Shown here in pieces: positions 21,723 to 34,288 of a stretch of 64,000 bases of DNA. The notes beneath the pieces are model-generated. The model searched no databases and was not told the DNA's origin. It saw nothing but the letters and a program-made list of their open reading frames with translations. The DNA is taken from contig CM000431.1 in assembly GCA_000165345.1 (NCBI GenBank), positions 928,001-992,000 on the forward strand, in the 5' to 3' direction. Each line of letters starts with the position of its first letter. Within the stretch, counting starts at the first letter, position 1. Both the position numbers and the translations under genes were made by a program.

Positions 21723-24200
21723 ATGACCGGTAAATGCCTAGATTCATTATTTAATGAGGAAGATGATATGAATGAAATTATTGAAACAGAGGATTCAATT
21801 ATAGATTCAAAGGAAACAATTATTAATGAAAAAATATCCCTAGATAGTATTTTAGGAAGAGAATTAATGAGTAATGTTAAGAAAGATGAGAAAAGATCCA
21901 AAAAAATAAAGTTAGACTCAAATATTCAACAAAAGTTATCGTTTAATTTTGGGACTGGAAACACACCTTCTAGTGTTAATAAAAGTAAGCCTACAAAGCT
22001 TGAGAAAGTTCCAGAGAATGAGGAAAGTGGAGATTCTTGTACCAAGAATGGATCTGAAAGTTTAAGTAAAAAGATAAAACCTAGTAATGCAGGCCTCTTT
22101 TCACCATTTTCTATTAATATTACAACAGGAGATGAAGACATTCAAAGTCCAATGTTTGATCCTTGTAATATTAGCAAGGAAAAGATAATGGCAAAAGGGA
22201 AAAGTAATTCAATATTATTTTCTGTGTTGACTGATGCCTTTTCAAGGATAGAGCAACTAAAAGGAAGTGGATCTGGTAGCAAAAAGGGTTGTATAGTAAT
22301 CCTAGCAAATTTATTTCGACTGATAATACATCATAATCCAAGTGATTTAATTGATGCAGTTTATATTTGTATGAATAAAGTTGCTCCTGATTATGAAGGG
22401 AAAGAATCAGGAGTTGGTGATTCTATTCTAATAAAATGTATATCAGAGTCTTCTGATAAGTCAGAGAAGAGAATTAAAGAGGATCAAATTAGTGGAAAAT
22501 TTGAAGATTTAGGTGAAATTGCAGCAATCTGCAAGAAACAAATGAGGCTTCTTTTTGAACCACAAAGATTAACAATACACGATGTTTATAGTGACTTGTA
22601 TTCACTTACGGAGATCACAGGTAAACAATCTCAACAACTTAAGAAAGATAAGATCAAGAAATTATTAGTTTCTGGCAAACAGGATGAAGTTAAATATATC
22701 GTAAGATTTTTACAGGGAAGATTAAGAATTGGAATACAACAAACCACTGTTTATCAGGCATTAGCAAGCGCATTTGTGTTAACAAAGAATATTCCAGGGG
22801 ATAATTTGGCTAGTTTTTCTGATTATAGACTTGCAAAAAATGAGAAAAAATATAAGAATCTACAAGAATTAGATTGCGAAATACTCGAAATGGAAACCTC
22901 ACTTAGATCATCTCTTTGTCAGCTTCCAAATATCGAAAAGATCATTAATGTTGCCATTCAAGGAGCCTCTAGCGATGAAATTTCTGCTAAATGCAAACTT
23001 ACCACTGGAATACCTTGCGAACCTATGCTTGCAAGACCTACAAAAGGCATTCAAGATGTTCTAAATAGATTTGAAAACTTTCTTTTTACTGCTGAGTATA
23101 AATATGATGGTGAAAGAGCTCAAATACACGTATATAAGGACAAATCTAATAAAAGAGTGATTAAAATCTTCACTCGTAATTTAGAGTCTGCTACTGATAG
23201 GTATCCAGATTTGATTCAATATTTAAATCAATCACTCAATTCGAGTGTAGAAGATTGTATTTTAGACTCTGAAGTTGTTGCATACTCTAAAAGTGAGGAT
23301 AAGATTTTACCATTTCAAGTTCTGAGTACAAGAAAAAGAAAGAATGTTGCTTTTGATGATATACAGATACAAATATGTTTAATGCTTTTTGATTGCATGG
23401 GGTTTAATGGAGAATCTTTACTAAAAAAGTCACTCTTTGAAAGAAGACAATATTTGAGAAAATGTATCAATGAGGGTCAATCTGAGTATATTAAATTTAC
23501 TACAAGTACTGAAACTAATAAACTTGATCATTTAGATTCTTTCCTTTCTGAATCTATTGAAAATAATTGTGAGGGACTCATGGTTAAGACTTTGCATGAT
23601 AATGCAAGCTATGAACCTTCAAAAAGATCTCTTAACTGGTTAAAAATTAAGAAAGATTATGTGGATGGACTTACTGATAGTATTGATGTTGTTCCTATTG
23701 CAGCATGTTATGGAAAAGGTAAAAGAAATGGGGTTTTTGGAACTTTTCTATTAGCTGTTTACAATACAGAGGAGGAGGTATATGAAACTGTATGTAAGGC
23801 AGGAACAGGATTTTCTGATGAAATTTTACAATCGTTATACACAAGTTTGAAAGACCATATTATTGCAGAAGGTGCCCCAAAAAGTTACTATAAGTTTGAC
23901 TCAAGTGGACAATTATCTTCACTCAAACAAGATGTTTGGTTTGAACCAAAATTTGTATGGGAAGTTAAAGGTGCTGATTTATCACTATCTCCTGTGCATA
24001 CAGCAGCTATAGGCACTATTGATGAAAACAGAGGAATAGGACTTCGATTTCCAAGATTTATAAGAATTAGAGATGATAAGTCTCCAGAACAAGCTACTTC
24101 ATCAATTCAAATTATGGAAATGTATAACAGTCAATTGATAACTAATAATACAAAGAACGAGACCAATTTCAGTGATGATCAATTCCAAGAAGATGATTAG
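21723..24200 (+). CDS. LIG1: ATP-dependent DNA ligase I.
   Basis: 825 aa. It has the adenylation motif I, KxDGxR (EYKYDGERAQIHV), and downstream ligase motifs (CEGLMVKTL, NWLKIKKDY). The N-terminus is unstructured and has a PIP-like region. Domain order matches Lig1. Confidence 0.9.
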   Translation: MTGKCLDSLFNEEDDMNEIIETEDSIIDSKETIINEKISLDSILGRELMSNVKKDEKRSKKIKLDSNIQQKLSFNFGTGNTPSSVNKSKPTKLEKVPENEESGDSCTKNGSESLSKKIKPSNAGLFSPFSINITTGDEDIQSPMFDPCNISKEKIMAKGKSNSILFSVLTDAFSRIEQLKGSGSGSKKGCIVILANLFRLIIHHNPSDLIDAVYICMNKVAPDYEGKESGVGDSILIKCISESSDKSEKRIKEDQISGKFEDLGEIAAICKKQMRLLFEPQRLTIHDVYSDLYSLTEITGKQSQQLKKDKIKKLLVSGKQDEVKYIVRFLQGRLRIGIQQTTVYQALASAFVLTKNIPGDNLASFSDYRLAKNEKKYKNLQELDCEILEMETSLRSSLCQLPNIEKIINVAIQGASSDEISAKCKLTTGIPCEPMLARPTKGIQDVLNRFENFLFTAEYKYDGERAQIHVYKDKSNKRVIKIFTRNLESATDRYPDLIQYLNQSLNSSVEDCILDSEVVAYSKSEDKILPFQVLSTRKRKNVAFDDIQIQICLMLFDCMGFNGESLLKKSLFERRQYLRKCINEGQSEYIKFTTSTETNKLDHLDSFLSESIENNCEGLMVKTLHDNASYEPSKRSLNWLKIKKDYVDGLTDSIDVVPIAACYGKGKRNGVFGTFLLAVYNTEEEVYETVCKAGTGFSDEILQSLYTSLKDHIIAEGAPKSYYKFDSSGQLSSLKQDVWFEPKFVWEVKGADLSLSPVHTAAIGTIDENRGIGLRFPRFIRIRDDKSPEQATSSIQIMEMYNSQLITNNTKNETNFSDDQFQEDD

Positions 24201-24625
24201 TTTCCAAAGTGAAGAAAAAGAGACTAAATTGACTTCAATAATATCAGTTATTAATATTAAATAAAATGTCTAAATTAGCTAAACAATTTGTTTCTACCTA
24301 TAAAATTCCCAGTTAAAAATTGAAATTATAATTATTTCAAAGCTAAAAATATGTAGAAAGATATTCAAGAGCGAAAATAGCATAAGAGTTTCAAAAAACA
24401 TTAACAAATATGATAATAATAATTACTTGCCAACAGAAAGATGTGATAAATTATTGAATTTTCATCCCATTTCAAATAAATTTGAATTTGAAAGTTTGAA
24501 TGGAATTGTGTATTTAATGAATTTTTGGTATTTCTAATAATTGGTTCAGAATATGAATAATATTTATTGTTTCTAATTTACTTATTGAAATCCTCATAAT
24601 ATGAAGATATCTAGTATACATTCTT

Positions 24626-26404
24626 CTACAAGATATGATGGTCATTAAACCTGAAAGAATACTTTGCAATTTCTTGATAAAGATAAGATAATGTCATTTT
24701 ACATATTTTAACGTCAGCTTCTATTGGTAATTTTAACTTTTTTTGATTCTCTTTTTCAAAGACTTCAAAACCAGATAGTTGAAGAATCTCAATTCCTTGA
24801 CTAAATTGGCCAATCGAATTTTTAAATATTTCATTTTCAAGACTTACTATTCTATAGAAGGGGTTATTTGGAAATGAAATAACATTTTTAAGTATAATTA
24901 CAATATTTTTAAGACATTCATAAATCTTTTCTTTATTTTTGGAAGCTCTTTCTGAAAAAATACTTTGAATAATTTTAATAACTTTTTCTTCAAATTCAAG
25001 ATCAACAACTTTATCAATTGGAAATTGAATAATAGGCCTAACAGGACGAAGTTTTTCTGGAGTTGATTTAGTTTTATAATAAACCTCCTCAAACAAATCA
25101 AGAATAAATCCATCAAAAGTGAATCCAAATTTTCTTTCTGTAATAAATTGAATAACTTCAGATGGTTTATAACCTAATTCAATTAAAAATAATGCTACAA
25201 TATTAAGTGAATGGTAATCGCCAGTGTTATCTACTAATAATACAGATTTACGTAAATGATGTGTTTGTCTAATAATATTAACAACTCCCCAATAATCCGG
25301 AGTTTCTGTATTATAACAAGGAACGCTATAATATTTAATTTTTGAATTTTTTGGGAAATTGAAGATTTCTGGCTGATTTGTCAAATTAACAATTTTTGAT
25401 ATGTTAAACTTATCTTTATATTTATCCCAATCATTATGTACAAGTATTCCAATATCACAAGTAAGAACACAAAAGTGAGTGAGAATAGGAAACAAAGGAA
25501 TAGATTCACATGCAAATCTGGATGGTAAATTATTATCAGAAAATTCTGAACAAATTGGATTTTCATCAATACATCCCTCATATCTTGGACTAAGTGAAGC
25601 AAATCCTCCAGCTAAAATGAAAATACGCTCAGGTTTACAAGAACAACAATTCATTATATCAAGAAAAGTCTGTGATTCATGTGAAACACGATCACCTCTT
25701 ATTGAAGCATTTCCTTCCCAAAGATGATCAAAAAGTACAATTACCTTATTATTAATTTGTTCAAGAAGCCAACTATTTATTGTTCTTGAATATCTTAATA
25801 TTGCATCTGAATATTTACTACTATTAATTTTTTTAAAAGCTAGCTCATTACTACTTTCATAAATAGTAGTGCTTTGCCTGGAAAAGCTTCTAAAAGGTTG
25901 TAAAGCTCCTATTACAGTTCTTTTCATTAAAGCTCCTTTTGATGCAAGTCTAGCCATGGCTTCCTCTTCTTCACTATTGGCTTCTAATACTTTAACATCA
26001 AAATAAAAACTTTGTGAATCAACAAAAGTAATACCACAATTACCAAGTGGATTTGAATTCTTTGATTGAGCCCAAAGATTAAAGAACATATTTGGTGTTA
26101 TATATCTAACTTTAAACCAAGAATTTTCTACTTCAATTTCTTTCCATTGAAAAGTTAAATCTTCTAAAGATTTCCATGGTCTTGGTATTCTTTCTTTAAC
26201 AGATTTACTATTAAATGATGGAATTTCTAATACTTTTTCTTTTTTATGCTTAATTTTCTCACAACCATCATTTGATTTTGCATTTTTTTTATTTATTTCG
26301 GAATTATCATCATTTTCAGGAACTTTTTCTTTAATTATTGAATCATTCCTCAAAGACACATCATTTCTTGAATCTAATTTGGACTTGGAACAATTAGAAC
26401 CCAT
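24626..26404 (-). CDS. Putative pseudophosphatase (MK-STYX-like) with a rhodanese/CH2 domain, a catalytically inactive dual-specificity-phosphatase-like domain, and a C-terminal PUB domain. The N-terminus has a myristoylation motif.
   Basis: 592 aa. The N-terminus MGSNCSKS has Gly2 and Ser6, with Cys5 available for palmitoylation. The DUSP-like segment VLLVDNTGDYHSLNIVALFLIELGYK aligns with VLVHCxAGxSRSxT(I/V)xxAYLM. The catalytic Cys is replaced (HC becomes DN) and the Arg is replaced by His. The C-terminus (LKNIVIILKNVISFPNNPFYRIVSLENEIFKNSIGQFSQGIEILQLSGFEVFE) matches the PUB/PUG consensus KYRxIxxxNxxFxxxVxxxxGxxxxLxxxGF. Confidence 0.45.
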   Translation of the reverse strand: MGSNCSKSKLDSRNDVSLRNDSIIKEKVPENDDNSEINKKNAKSNDGCEKIKHKKEKVLEIPSFNSKSVKERIPRPWKSLEDLTFQWKEIEVENSWFKVRYITPNMFFNLWAQSKNSNPLGNCGITFVDSQSFYFDVKVLEANSEEEEAMARLASKGALMKRTVIGALQPFRSFSRQSTTIYESSNELAFKKINSSKYSDAILRYSRTINSWLLEQINNKVIVLFDHLWEGNASIRGDRVSHESQTFLDIMNCCSCKPERIFILAGGFASLSPRYEGCIDENPICSEFSDNNLPSRFACESIPLFPILTHFCVLTCDIGILVHNDWDKYKDKFNISKIVNLTNQPEIFNFPKNSKIKYYSVPCYNTETPDYWGVVNIIRQTHHLRKSVLLVDNTGDYHSLNIVALFLIELGYKPSEVIQFITERKFGFTFDGFILDLFEEVYYKTKSTPEKLRPVRPIIQFPIDKVVDLEFEEKVIKIIQSIFSERASKNKEKIYECLKNIVIILKNVISFPNNPFYRIVSLENEIFKNSIGQFSQGIEILQLSGFEVFEKENQKKLKLPIEADVKICKMTLSYLYQEIAKYSFRFNDHHIL

Positions 26405-26471
26405 TCTTGTAATACAAAAGATATTGATGATATAATTTTATTATTCAGGTTGAATTTTAATGGTAGTGAAA

Positions 26472-26512
<41 letters not shown>

Positions 26513-26822
26513 TCAACGAAACTTAACCTAAACTAATTATTATTATTCTTTTTTTTAATAACAATAATAATAATAATAATATAACTAAACTAGTATAAAT
26601 TTTTCAACTCAAATTTAGTAAAGTTATAATACAAGTATTTATTTCAAATATATTTACAGATTTCACTGGATCCAAATTTTGAATAATTATACAGCTCCAA
26701 TCTTGTTTATATTTGGAATTACCAAAGAAGAGTTAGTTATAGCGGAAATTATTGATAAGAATTATATAAAATATATATACATATATTATTTATTTATATA
26801 AACATATATATATATATATATA

Positions 26823-26856
<34 letters not shown>

Positions 26857-27857
26857 TATATATTTCAAGAAGGTTTGGAATCGGATTATAATTTCAAAAT
26901 TGCTTGGTTTATTGAAACTATTTATTACATATATATAATACTAATTTCCATATGCAGTCTTCTAAATTATAACAATGTTATTATTATTATTATTATATAT
27001 TACCTAAAGTTGGAATATACATAACCAAATTTGAACCTTATCAGTATATATGTAATTTTTTGTTTAAATAAAATACCAATTAATTATTAAAGTAATTTTC
27101 CAGTCTCCTTATTATGTCTTTAGCTCATTTAAATTGACTAGGCAAGTTGTTAGCCTCAAGAAATTTTGGGAATATTACTTTATAATAAAATGTTATGTTA
27201 ATCCCTCACCTAAATTAATCAAGTGCAAAAAAGGCCTCTTTTTACATTAAATTAAAAATTTATAATTAAATATTACTTCTTTATAATCCATTTATTCAAG
27301 ATATTAAAAAAGGCGGTATGCATGCAATTAGTGATATTATCATTTTGTGCTAATACCGGTATTAATAAAAATAATAATAATAAATAATATATAATGCAAT
27401 TATATATTATTATATTTATGGAAAAATTTTGAAATTAAAGAAAATATATTAATAAAGTTTTAATTCTAAATTTTGAAATTACATTAAAAAATTCCTGAAA
27501 AAAAAAATAATATATATATTTATATAAAGAGTTGTCAATTAATGAATTTTCATTTAATTCAATATTTAATTAATATTGATCGTGTGTTTTTTGAGCGGGA
27601 AAATTTTCCATATCTAGAAAAATTAAAATAATTTGGCAAATTAATATTAAAAATATTTTTTGATAATAAGAGGGGTATGGTGGGAATTTTGGTCAAAAAG
27701 AGCAAAAGAGAAGAAAGAAAAATATATTTTTTAAAAATTTAATTAAAGTTGAAATAAAATATAAATTTTATATATTAATATTAAGAATTTATTTGAAGAA
27801 TATTTAATAATTTTAATTTATCGAAATAAACTTCTCATTATTTGTAATTAAAGAGAA

Positions 27858-30800
27858 ATGACAACATTTTCTGTAGTATCAGAAAGACCAGATTTTCCTA
27901 AATTGGAAGAAGAAATCCTTGAATATTGGCGAAAAATCAATATATTAAAACTAACTCTTGAAAAAACAAAAGGAAGACCAAATTATTCATTTTATGATGG
28001 ACCTCCATTTGCTACAGGATTACCACATTATGGTCATATACTTGCAGGTACTGTTAAAGATGTAGTTACAAGATATGCAACTCAAAAAGGATATTATTGT
28101 GAAAGAAGATTTGGATGGGATTGCCATGGATTACCAGTAGAACATGAAATTGATAAACAATTAAATATCACAAGTAGAGAAGATGTTTTAAATAAAGGTA
28201 TAGATTTTTATAATGAATCATGTAGATCAATTGTATTAAGATATACTCAAGAATGGAAATCAACTGTTGAAAGAGTTGGAAGATTAATCGATTTTGATAA
28301 TGGTTATAAAACTATGGATTTAAATTTCATGCAAACTGTATGGTGGGTATTTAAACAACTTTTTGATAAGAATCTTGTTTATAGAGCTTATAGAGTAATG
28401 CCATATTCTACAGCATGTGCTACACCATTATCTAATTTTGAATGTAATTTAAATTATAAAGATGTTAATGATCCATCTGTAATTATTACATTTCCATTAT
28501 TAGAAGATCCAAATATTCAATTCTTAGCATGGACAACAACACCATGGACACTTCCTTCAAATGTTGCAATTGCTGTACATCCTGAAAAGAAATATTTATA
28601 TTTTAAAACTAATCATTCTAATGATATTACTTATGTTGTTGCTGAATCCAGATTAGAATGGGTACTTTCTGAACTTAAAATTAAAGAATATAATATCATT
28701 TCTGATTGTATTGGAGCAGAATTACATAATAAAAAAGTTATACCTTTATTTGATTATTTTAAAAATCATGAATCAAGTCATCAATTCTGGAAAATACTTG
28801 CTGATAATTATGTTACTGATAATACTGGTACTGGTATTGTACATATGGCTCCTGCTTTTGGTGAAGATGATTATAGAGTTTGTGTAAGTAATGGTATTAT
28901 TGATAATCATGGTACAAATTTACCATGTCCTATGGATTCTAATGGTAGATTTACTGAACCTGTTAATGATTTAAAAGGAATATGGTTTAAAGATTCTGAT
29001 AAAATTATTAAACAAGAATTAAAAAAAAAATCCAGATTATTAACTGATAATACATGTATGCATTCTTATCCTTTCTGTTGGAGATCTGATACACCTTTAC
29101 AATATAGAGCTGTTCCTTCTTGGTTTATTAATGTTGAATCTTTAAAAGATAAATTATTAATTAATAATGAAAAAACTAATTGGATTCCAAATTATGTTAA
29201 AGAAAAAAGATTTCATAATTGGTTACAAGATGCTAGAGATTGGTGTGTTAGTCGTAATCGTTTTTGGGGAACACCTATACCTATATGGGTATCAGAAGAT
29301 TATACAATTATTAAATGTATTGGTAGTATTGAAGAATTAAAATCTTTAGCATCCAATTTAAAAGATAAAGAAATTAATGATATACATCGTCATTTTATTG
29401 ATTATATTGAAATTCCTGATCCAAGAGGAAATAATTATCCACCATTAAAAAGAATTGAAGAAGTTTTTGATTGTTGGTTTGAATCTGGTTCTATGCCTTA
29501 TGCATCCATTAATTATCCATTTGAAAATCAAGAATTATTTAATAATATATTTCCTGCAGATTTTGTTGGTGAAGGTTTAGATCAAACAAGAGGATGGTTT
29601 TATACATTAATGGTATTATCAACAGCATTATTTGATCAACCAGCTTTTAAAAATATTATTGTTAATGGTTTAGTTTTAGCATCTGATGGTAAAAAAATGT
29701 CAAAAAGATTAAAAAATTATCCTGATCCATTAGATATTGTTAATAAATATGGTGCAGATTCTTTAAGATTATTTTTAATTAATTCACCAGTTGTTAGAGC
29801 AGAAACTTTAAGATTTAAAGAAGAAGGTGTAAAAGATGTTATTAAAGATGTATTACTACCATGGTATCATTGTTATCGTTTTTTTGTACAAGAAGCTATT
29901 AGATATGAAAATACTAATCATAATATAAAATTTAAATCAAATAAACAAGTAATAAAGAATACTAATAATATTATGGATAAATGGATATATTCTGAAGCTC
30001 AATCATTATTAAAATTTGTAAAGACTGAAATGGATGCTTATAGATTATATAATGTAACACCAAGATTAATATCATTTTTAGATACACTTTGTAATTGGTA
30101 TGTACGTTTAAATAGAGATAGAATGAGAGGTATTTATGGTATGAATGATACAAAGAATTCTTTAGAAATACTTTATCAAGTATTAATGTTAACAGTAAAA
30201 TTATTATCTCCATTTATACCATTTACATGTGAATTATTATATTCAAATTTAAAGAATGCTTTAATTGATGAATTAGAAGAAGAAAAGCCAGAAACTGTAC
30301 ATTTATTATTAATTCCAGAAGTTGAAGAAGAATTTATTGATAAAAAGATTGAAGAAGCAATAAATCAATTAAGAGAAATTATTGTAATGGGGAGAAATTT
30401 ACGTGAAAAAAAGAAAGTTAGTGTTAAAACACCACTAAAAAGTATTAATATTGTACATAAAGATAAATCAGTATTAGATTATTTAGTAGAATCAAAATTA
30501 ATAAATTATATTAAAGAAGAATTGAATATATTACAAGTAATAACAGATAATAATTCAGAATTTGAAAAGATTACAAAATTAGTAGCAACTCCAAATTTTA
30601 AAGTATTAGGTTCAAGATTAGGAAAATCTATGAAAGATGTAACAAATTATATTAAGAATGAAATGAATAATGAAATTATTCAACAATTTTTAAAAGATGG
30701 AACAATAAAGATTCATGGTTATGAATTAAATTTGGATGAAATAATTATTCAAACAGTTGTTGATAATAATTCTGTAATAGATATGAATAATGAGATAATT

Positions 30801-31160
30801 TATGAAGGTAGTTCTCAATTTGTGATTGGTTTAGATTTTACTTCTGATATAGAATTTGAGAATATGGCTTATTCAAGAGAATTAGCAAATAAGATTCAAA
30901 AGATACGTAAAGAGAAGAATATGGATCCAGATGCAAATGTAACAATTTATTTACAATTAATTTCTAATAAGAATGAATCAAAGAAATTTCATACAGTTAT
31001 GACATCTTATAATGATTATTTACAAAAGATTATTAGAAAGCCAATAAAGGAGATTTCAGATTCAGAATTATTGAATAGTATAAAAGATAGAATACTATTT
31101 GAATGTGAGATTGAAGTTGGAATGGATGATAAAGTTAATGTAATAGTGATAAAGAATTGA
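27858..31160 (+). CDS. Cytoplasmic isoleucyl-tRNA synthetase (class I).
   Basis: 1100 aa. It has the HIGH motif (PPFATGLPHYGHILAG) and the KMSKS motif (KMSKRLKNYPDP). The overall architecture, including the CP1 editing domain and the anticodon-binding C-terminal part, is typical of eukaryotic IleRS. Confidence 0.9.
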   Translation: MTTFSVVSERPDFPKLEEEILEYWRKINILKLTLEKTKGRPNYSFYDGPPFATGLPHYGHILAGTVKDVVTRYATQKGYYCERRFGWDCHGLPVEHEIDKQLNITSREDVLNKGIDFYNESCRSIVLRYTQEWKSTVERVGRLIDFDNGYKTMDLNFMQTVWWVFKQLFDKNLVYRAYRVMPYSTACATPLSNFECNLNYKDVNDPSVIITFPLLEDPNIQFLAWTTTPWTLPSNVAIAVHPEKKYLYFKTNHSNDITYVVAESRLEWVLSELKIKEYNIISDCIGAELHNKKVIPLFDYFKNHESSHQFWKILADNYVTDNTGTGIVHMAPAFGEDDYRVCVSNGIIDNHGTNLPCPMDSNGRFTEPVNDLKGIWFKDSDKIIKQELKKKSRLLTDNTCMHSYPFCWRSDTPLQYRAVPSWFINVESLKDKLLINNEKTNWIPNYVKEKRFHNWLQDARDWCVSRNRFWGTPIPIWVSEDYTIIKCIGSIEELKSLASNLKDKEINDIHRHFIDYIEIPDPRGNNYPPLKRIEEVFDCWFESGSMPYASINYPFENQELFNNIFPADFVGEGLDQTRGWFYTLMVLSTALFDQPAFKNIIVNGLVLASDGKKMSKRLKNYPDPLDIVNKYGADSLRLFLINSPVVRAETLRFKEEGVKDVIKDVLLPWYHCYRFFVQEAIRYENTNHNIKFKSNKQVIKNTNNIMDKWIYSEAQSLLKFVKTEMDAYRLYNVTPRLISFLDTLCNWYVRLNRDRMRGIYGMNDTKNSLEILYQVLMLTVKLLSPFIPFTCELLYSNLKNALIDELEEEKPETVHLLLIPEVEEEFIDKKIEEAINQLREIIVMGRNLREKKKVSVKTPLKSINIVHKDKSVLDYLVESKLINYIKEELNILQVITDNNSEFEKITKLVATPNFKVLGSRLGKSMKDVTNYIKNEMNNEIIQQFLKDGTIKIHGYELNLDEIIIQTVVDNNSVIDMNNEIIYEGSSQFVIGLDFTSDIEFENMAYSRELANKIQKIRKEKNMDPDANVTIYLQLISNKNESKKFHTVMTSYNDYLQKIIRKPIKEISDSELLNSIKDRILFECEIEVGMDDKVNVIVIKN

Positions 31161-31842
31161 ATATGATAGTATACGATAGGATAGGGTAGGATAAGGGATA
31201 ATGTTGTATTGTTTTGAATTGGATTTTACAATTGAAATTAATACAAATATGCATAATAAAAAGATTGAACAAGAAAATAAAATGACAGGATTAAATAAGA
31301 ATGAAAGAAAAGAAGAAAATTCTTTTAATTATTATAAAATAGATAGTAGTTTTTTTAATATTAATTAATAATAAAAATATGAACAATTTCTCAATTTGTA
31401 TTATATGAAGAGAATTTGTTAATATTTAATATTGTGTAACTATATTATCATAAACAATAAATCTAGATTTGAATATTTGTTTAACAATTTCTAAAGAAGT
31501 AAGACCCAAATTGAAATAATAATTACTTTGGAAATATGTTTCACATGGATTAATTAAAAAAAAAGAAATTATGTTATTAATAATAAGAAGAATCTTTTTC
31601 AATTAAATATTAAAAAATGTATAAGTTTTCTGTTTGGCGCCATAATCAAAAAAAGACAATGTTTGGGCGGTATAATTAGAAAAATAATAGAGACTGATAG
31701 AGTTAAAAAAAAAAAAAAAATAAAGATAAAAGGACAGAAAAGTAGTGACTCTCGTATTTATTTATTGACTTAAAAGGATCAAGATAGACGAGGATTTATT
31801 TTGAGGTAGTGAGAACGGAATATAATTAGAGGATAATCATCC

Positions 31843-33399
31843 ATGGGCAAACGTAAGGAATTAGAAGAGATGAGTGACGGCAAGATTGAGACTGTAATAA
31901 AGCCAGAAAGTAAGTCTCAGCCGATTGACACTTCAAACTGGCCGTTATTATTAAAGAATTATTCAAAGTTGAATGTTAGAACAGGGCATTATACTCCACT
32001 TCCATATGGTAATTCGCCTTTGAATAGAAATTTGGCAGATTATTTGAGTTATGGAATAATTAACCTTGATAAGCCAGCAAATCCATCATCCCATGAAGTG
32101 GTTGCATGGATTAAGAAGATCTTAAGATGTGAAAAGACAGGTCATAGTGGTACATTGGATCCAAAAGTTACAGGCTGTTTATTGGTTTGTTTAAATAGAG
32201 CAACAAGATTGGTAAAATCACAACAGAGTGCAGGTAAAGAATATGTCTGTATTGTAAGATTTCACTCAAGTGTTGGCGGTAAGTCAGCAGTGAGTAGATG
32301 TCTTGAAACTTTGACAGGAGCCTTATTTCAGAGACCACCAGTAATTTCAGCTGTTAAACGTCAGCTTAGAGTACGTTCAATATATGATTCTAAGCTTTTG
32401 GATTATGATGAAAAGAGGAACTTGGCTGTTTTTTGGGCAAAATGTGAGGCAGGGACATATATAAGAACAATGTGCGTTCATATGGGGTTGCTTTTAGGGG
32501 TTGGGGCTCATATGCAAGAATTAAGAAGGGTAAGAAGTGGTTGTTTATCAGAAAATGACAACATGGTAACAATGCACGATATTTTGGACGCTCAGTATAT
32601 GTTAGATAACTATAGAGATGAATCATATTTAAGACGTATTATTTCACCATTAGAATTACTTTTAACAGATTTACCAAGAATTGTAGTTAAGGATTCGTGC
32701 GTTAATGCAATTTGTTATGGCGCAAAACTTATGATTCCTGGTGTATTGAGATTTGATAATGGAATAGATGTTGGTACCGAAGTTGTAATGATGACAACAA
32801 AAGGTGAAGCTATAGCAATTGGTGTTGCTCAAATGACTACAGCTGTTATAGCTAGTGTAGATCATGGAGTAGTTGCTATAATAAAGAGAGTTATTATGGA
32901 GAGAGATACATATGATATGAGATGGGGACATGGTCCTAGAGCTTCTGAAAAGAAGAAGCTTATTTTAGGTGGAAAGCTTGACAAGCATGGAAAGCCAAAT
33001 GAGCAAACACCTGAATCCTGGCTTAAATACGAGGGTTATATTCCAAAGCTTACGGGCGATCATGATGATCAAAACGATGAGGGGAAAGATATTACAGGAT
33101 CAGGATTGGAATCAGAATCTAACTCTAATATAGAATCCAGCTCATCAAAAAAGAGAAAAGAAAAGAAAGAAACAAATGATGAGGAATCATCTTCATCATT
33201 TTCTTCTAAGAACAAAAAAGAAAAGAATAAGAGAAAGAGTACTGAGCCATTAAGTGAAAATGGAAGCAGTAGTAGCAGTAGTGATAGTAGTAGTAGCAAC
33301 AGCAGTAGTGATGATGAAAAGAGTAAATCCAAAGGGAAAAAGTCATCCAAAGATAAATCAAAGAAAAAAAAGAAACACAGTCGTATCAGTGAAGACTAG
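31843..33399 (+). CDS. CBF5: H/ACA snoRNP pseudouridine synthase Cbf5/dyskerin, with a K/S-rich C-terminal tail.
   Basis: 518 aa. The N-terminal motif [21 protein letters not shown] is dyskerin-like. The TruB catalytic region ([16 protein letters not shown]) and a PUA domain follow. A lysine/serine-rich tail is typical of Cbf5. Confidence 0.9.
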   Translation: MGKRKELEEMSDGKIETVIKPESKSQPIDTSNWPLLLKNYSKLNVRTGHYTPLPYGNSPLNRNLADYLSYGIINLDKPANPSSHEVVAWIKKILRCEKTGHSGTLDPKVTGCLLVCLNRATRLVKSQQSAGKEYVCIVRFHSSVGGKSAVSRCLETLTGALFQRPPVISAVKRQLRVRSIYDSKLLDYDEKRNLAVFWAKCEAGTYIRTMCVHMGLLLGVGAHMQELRRVRSGCLSENDNMVTMHDILDAQYMLDNYRDESYLRRIISPLELLLTDLPRIVVKDSCVNAICYGAKLMIPGVLRFDNGIDVGTEVVMMTTKGEAIAIGVAQMTTAVIASVDHGVVAIIKRVIMERDTYDMRWGHGPRASEKKKLILGGKLDKHGKPNEQTPESWLKYEGYIPKLTGDHDDQNDEGKDITGSGLESESNSNIESSSSKKRKEKKETNDEESSSSFSSKNKKEKNKRKSTEPLSENGSSSSSSDSSSSNSSSDDEKSKSKGKKSSKDKSKKKKKHSRISED

Positions 33400-34288
33400 G
33401 GACTTTTACAAAGTTAGAATTCTTTTTCTATATCAAACAGGTGGATATACTATATTATGGCTATATTAATTTTCTAATTTACTCATGTCCACATTAATAT
33501 TCTTTACTTTTTCAAAAATAATTAAAATGTTCCCATTGAACATACTAATAGAACTTATTAGACTTTAAATATCATCTGAAATAGCTAATAAATCGCTTGC
33601 TAAGTTTTACAAGTACTATTTCTTTTAACTTTTTTGAGATTTATTTATTTTTTCTTTTTGAGATCGATTTGAGTTTGAATGGAGATAATTTTATTATTAT
33701 TATTGAATTGAGAAAAAATACTTTTAAAATAAATTAATATAGTGAAAAAAAAATTAAGTAAAAAAAATACGAGTTTCTAAATCTAGTATGTTCATAAATC
33801 TGTAGTATTTTTTAATGAAATTAAATTTTTCAAATGGCTTTAATAATAATGTAAAGTATTCTGGTACTCCATCATTTAGCATTAAATGACAATTAAAAAG
33901 CTTCCATGATTCCCGCCGGCGGCAACATGCAAAAATGTGGGTTTTGTGGGTTAGTGAGGGGAGAATAATCATTAAGCTAAAATATCAACAGGGAGGAATA
34001 CAAAGATAGTGAGAATTGGATCTTTGGAATAATTTTGCCACATTTTCTTTCGCTTGGCACTGTATCATCTTAGTAGGCTTTATCACGGTTGAATTTCCAG
34101 GTCTTATTATTTGATTAAAAGACAGCTTTTCGATCGATTAATTTTGAATTAATACTTGAAGCTCAGTCAAAATCCAAATTCTAAGGGTCAAGACTTATTT
34201 TCAAATAAAGGAGAGGCTAAGGAAAACTTATAAAGAGGATTTGATTAAATAATGCACTTTAGCTTTAGAGAATAAAGTAAAGTTCAAA

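Noticed and set aside
33754-33972. A 72-aa minus-strand ORF in the Cbf5/Nuf2 spacer.
   Set aside because: It spans the GC-containing TTCCCGCCGGCGG promoter element. It has no homology and sits in an otherwise non-coding spacer.
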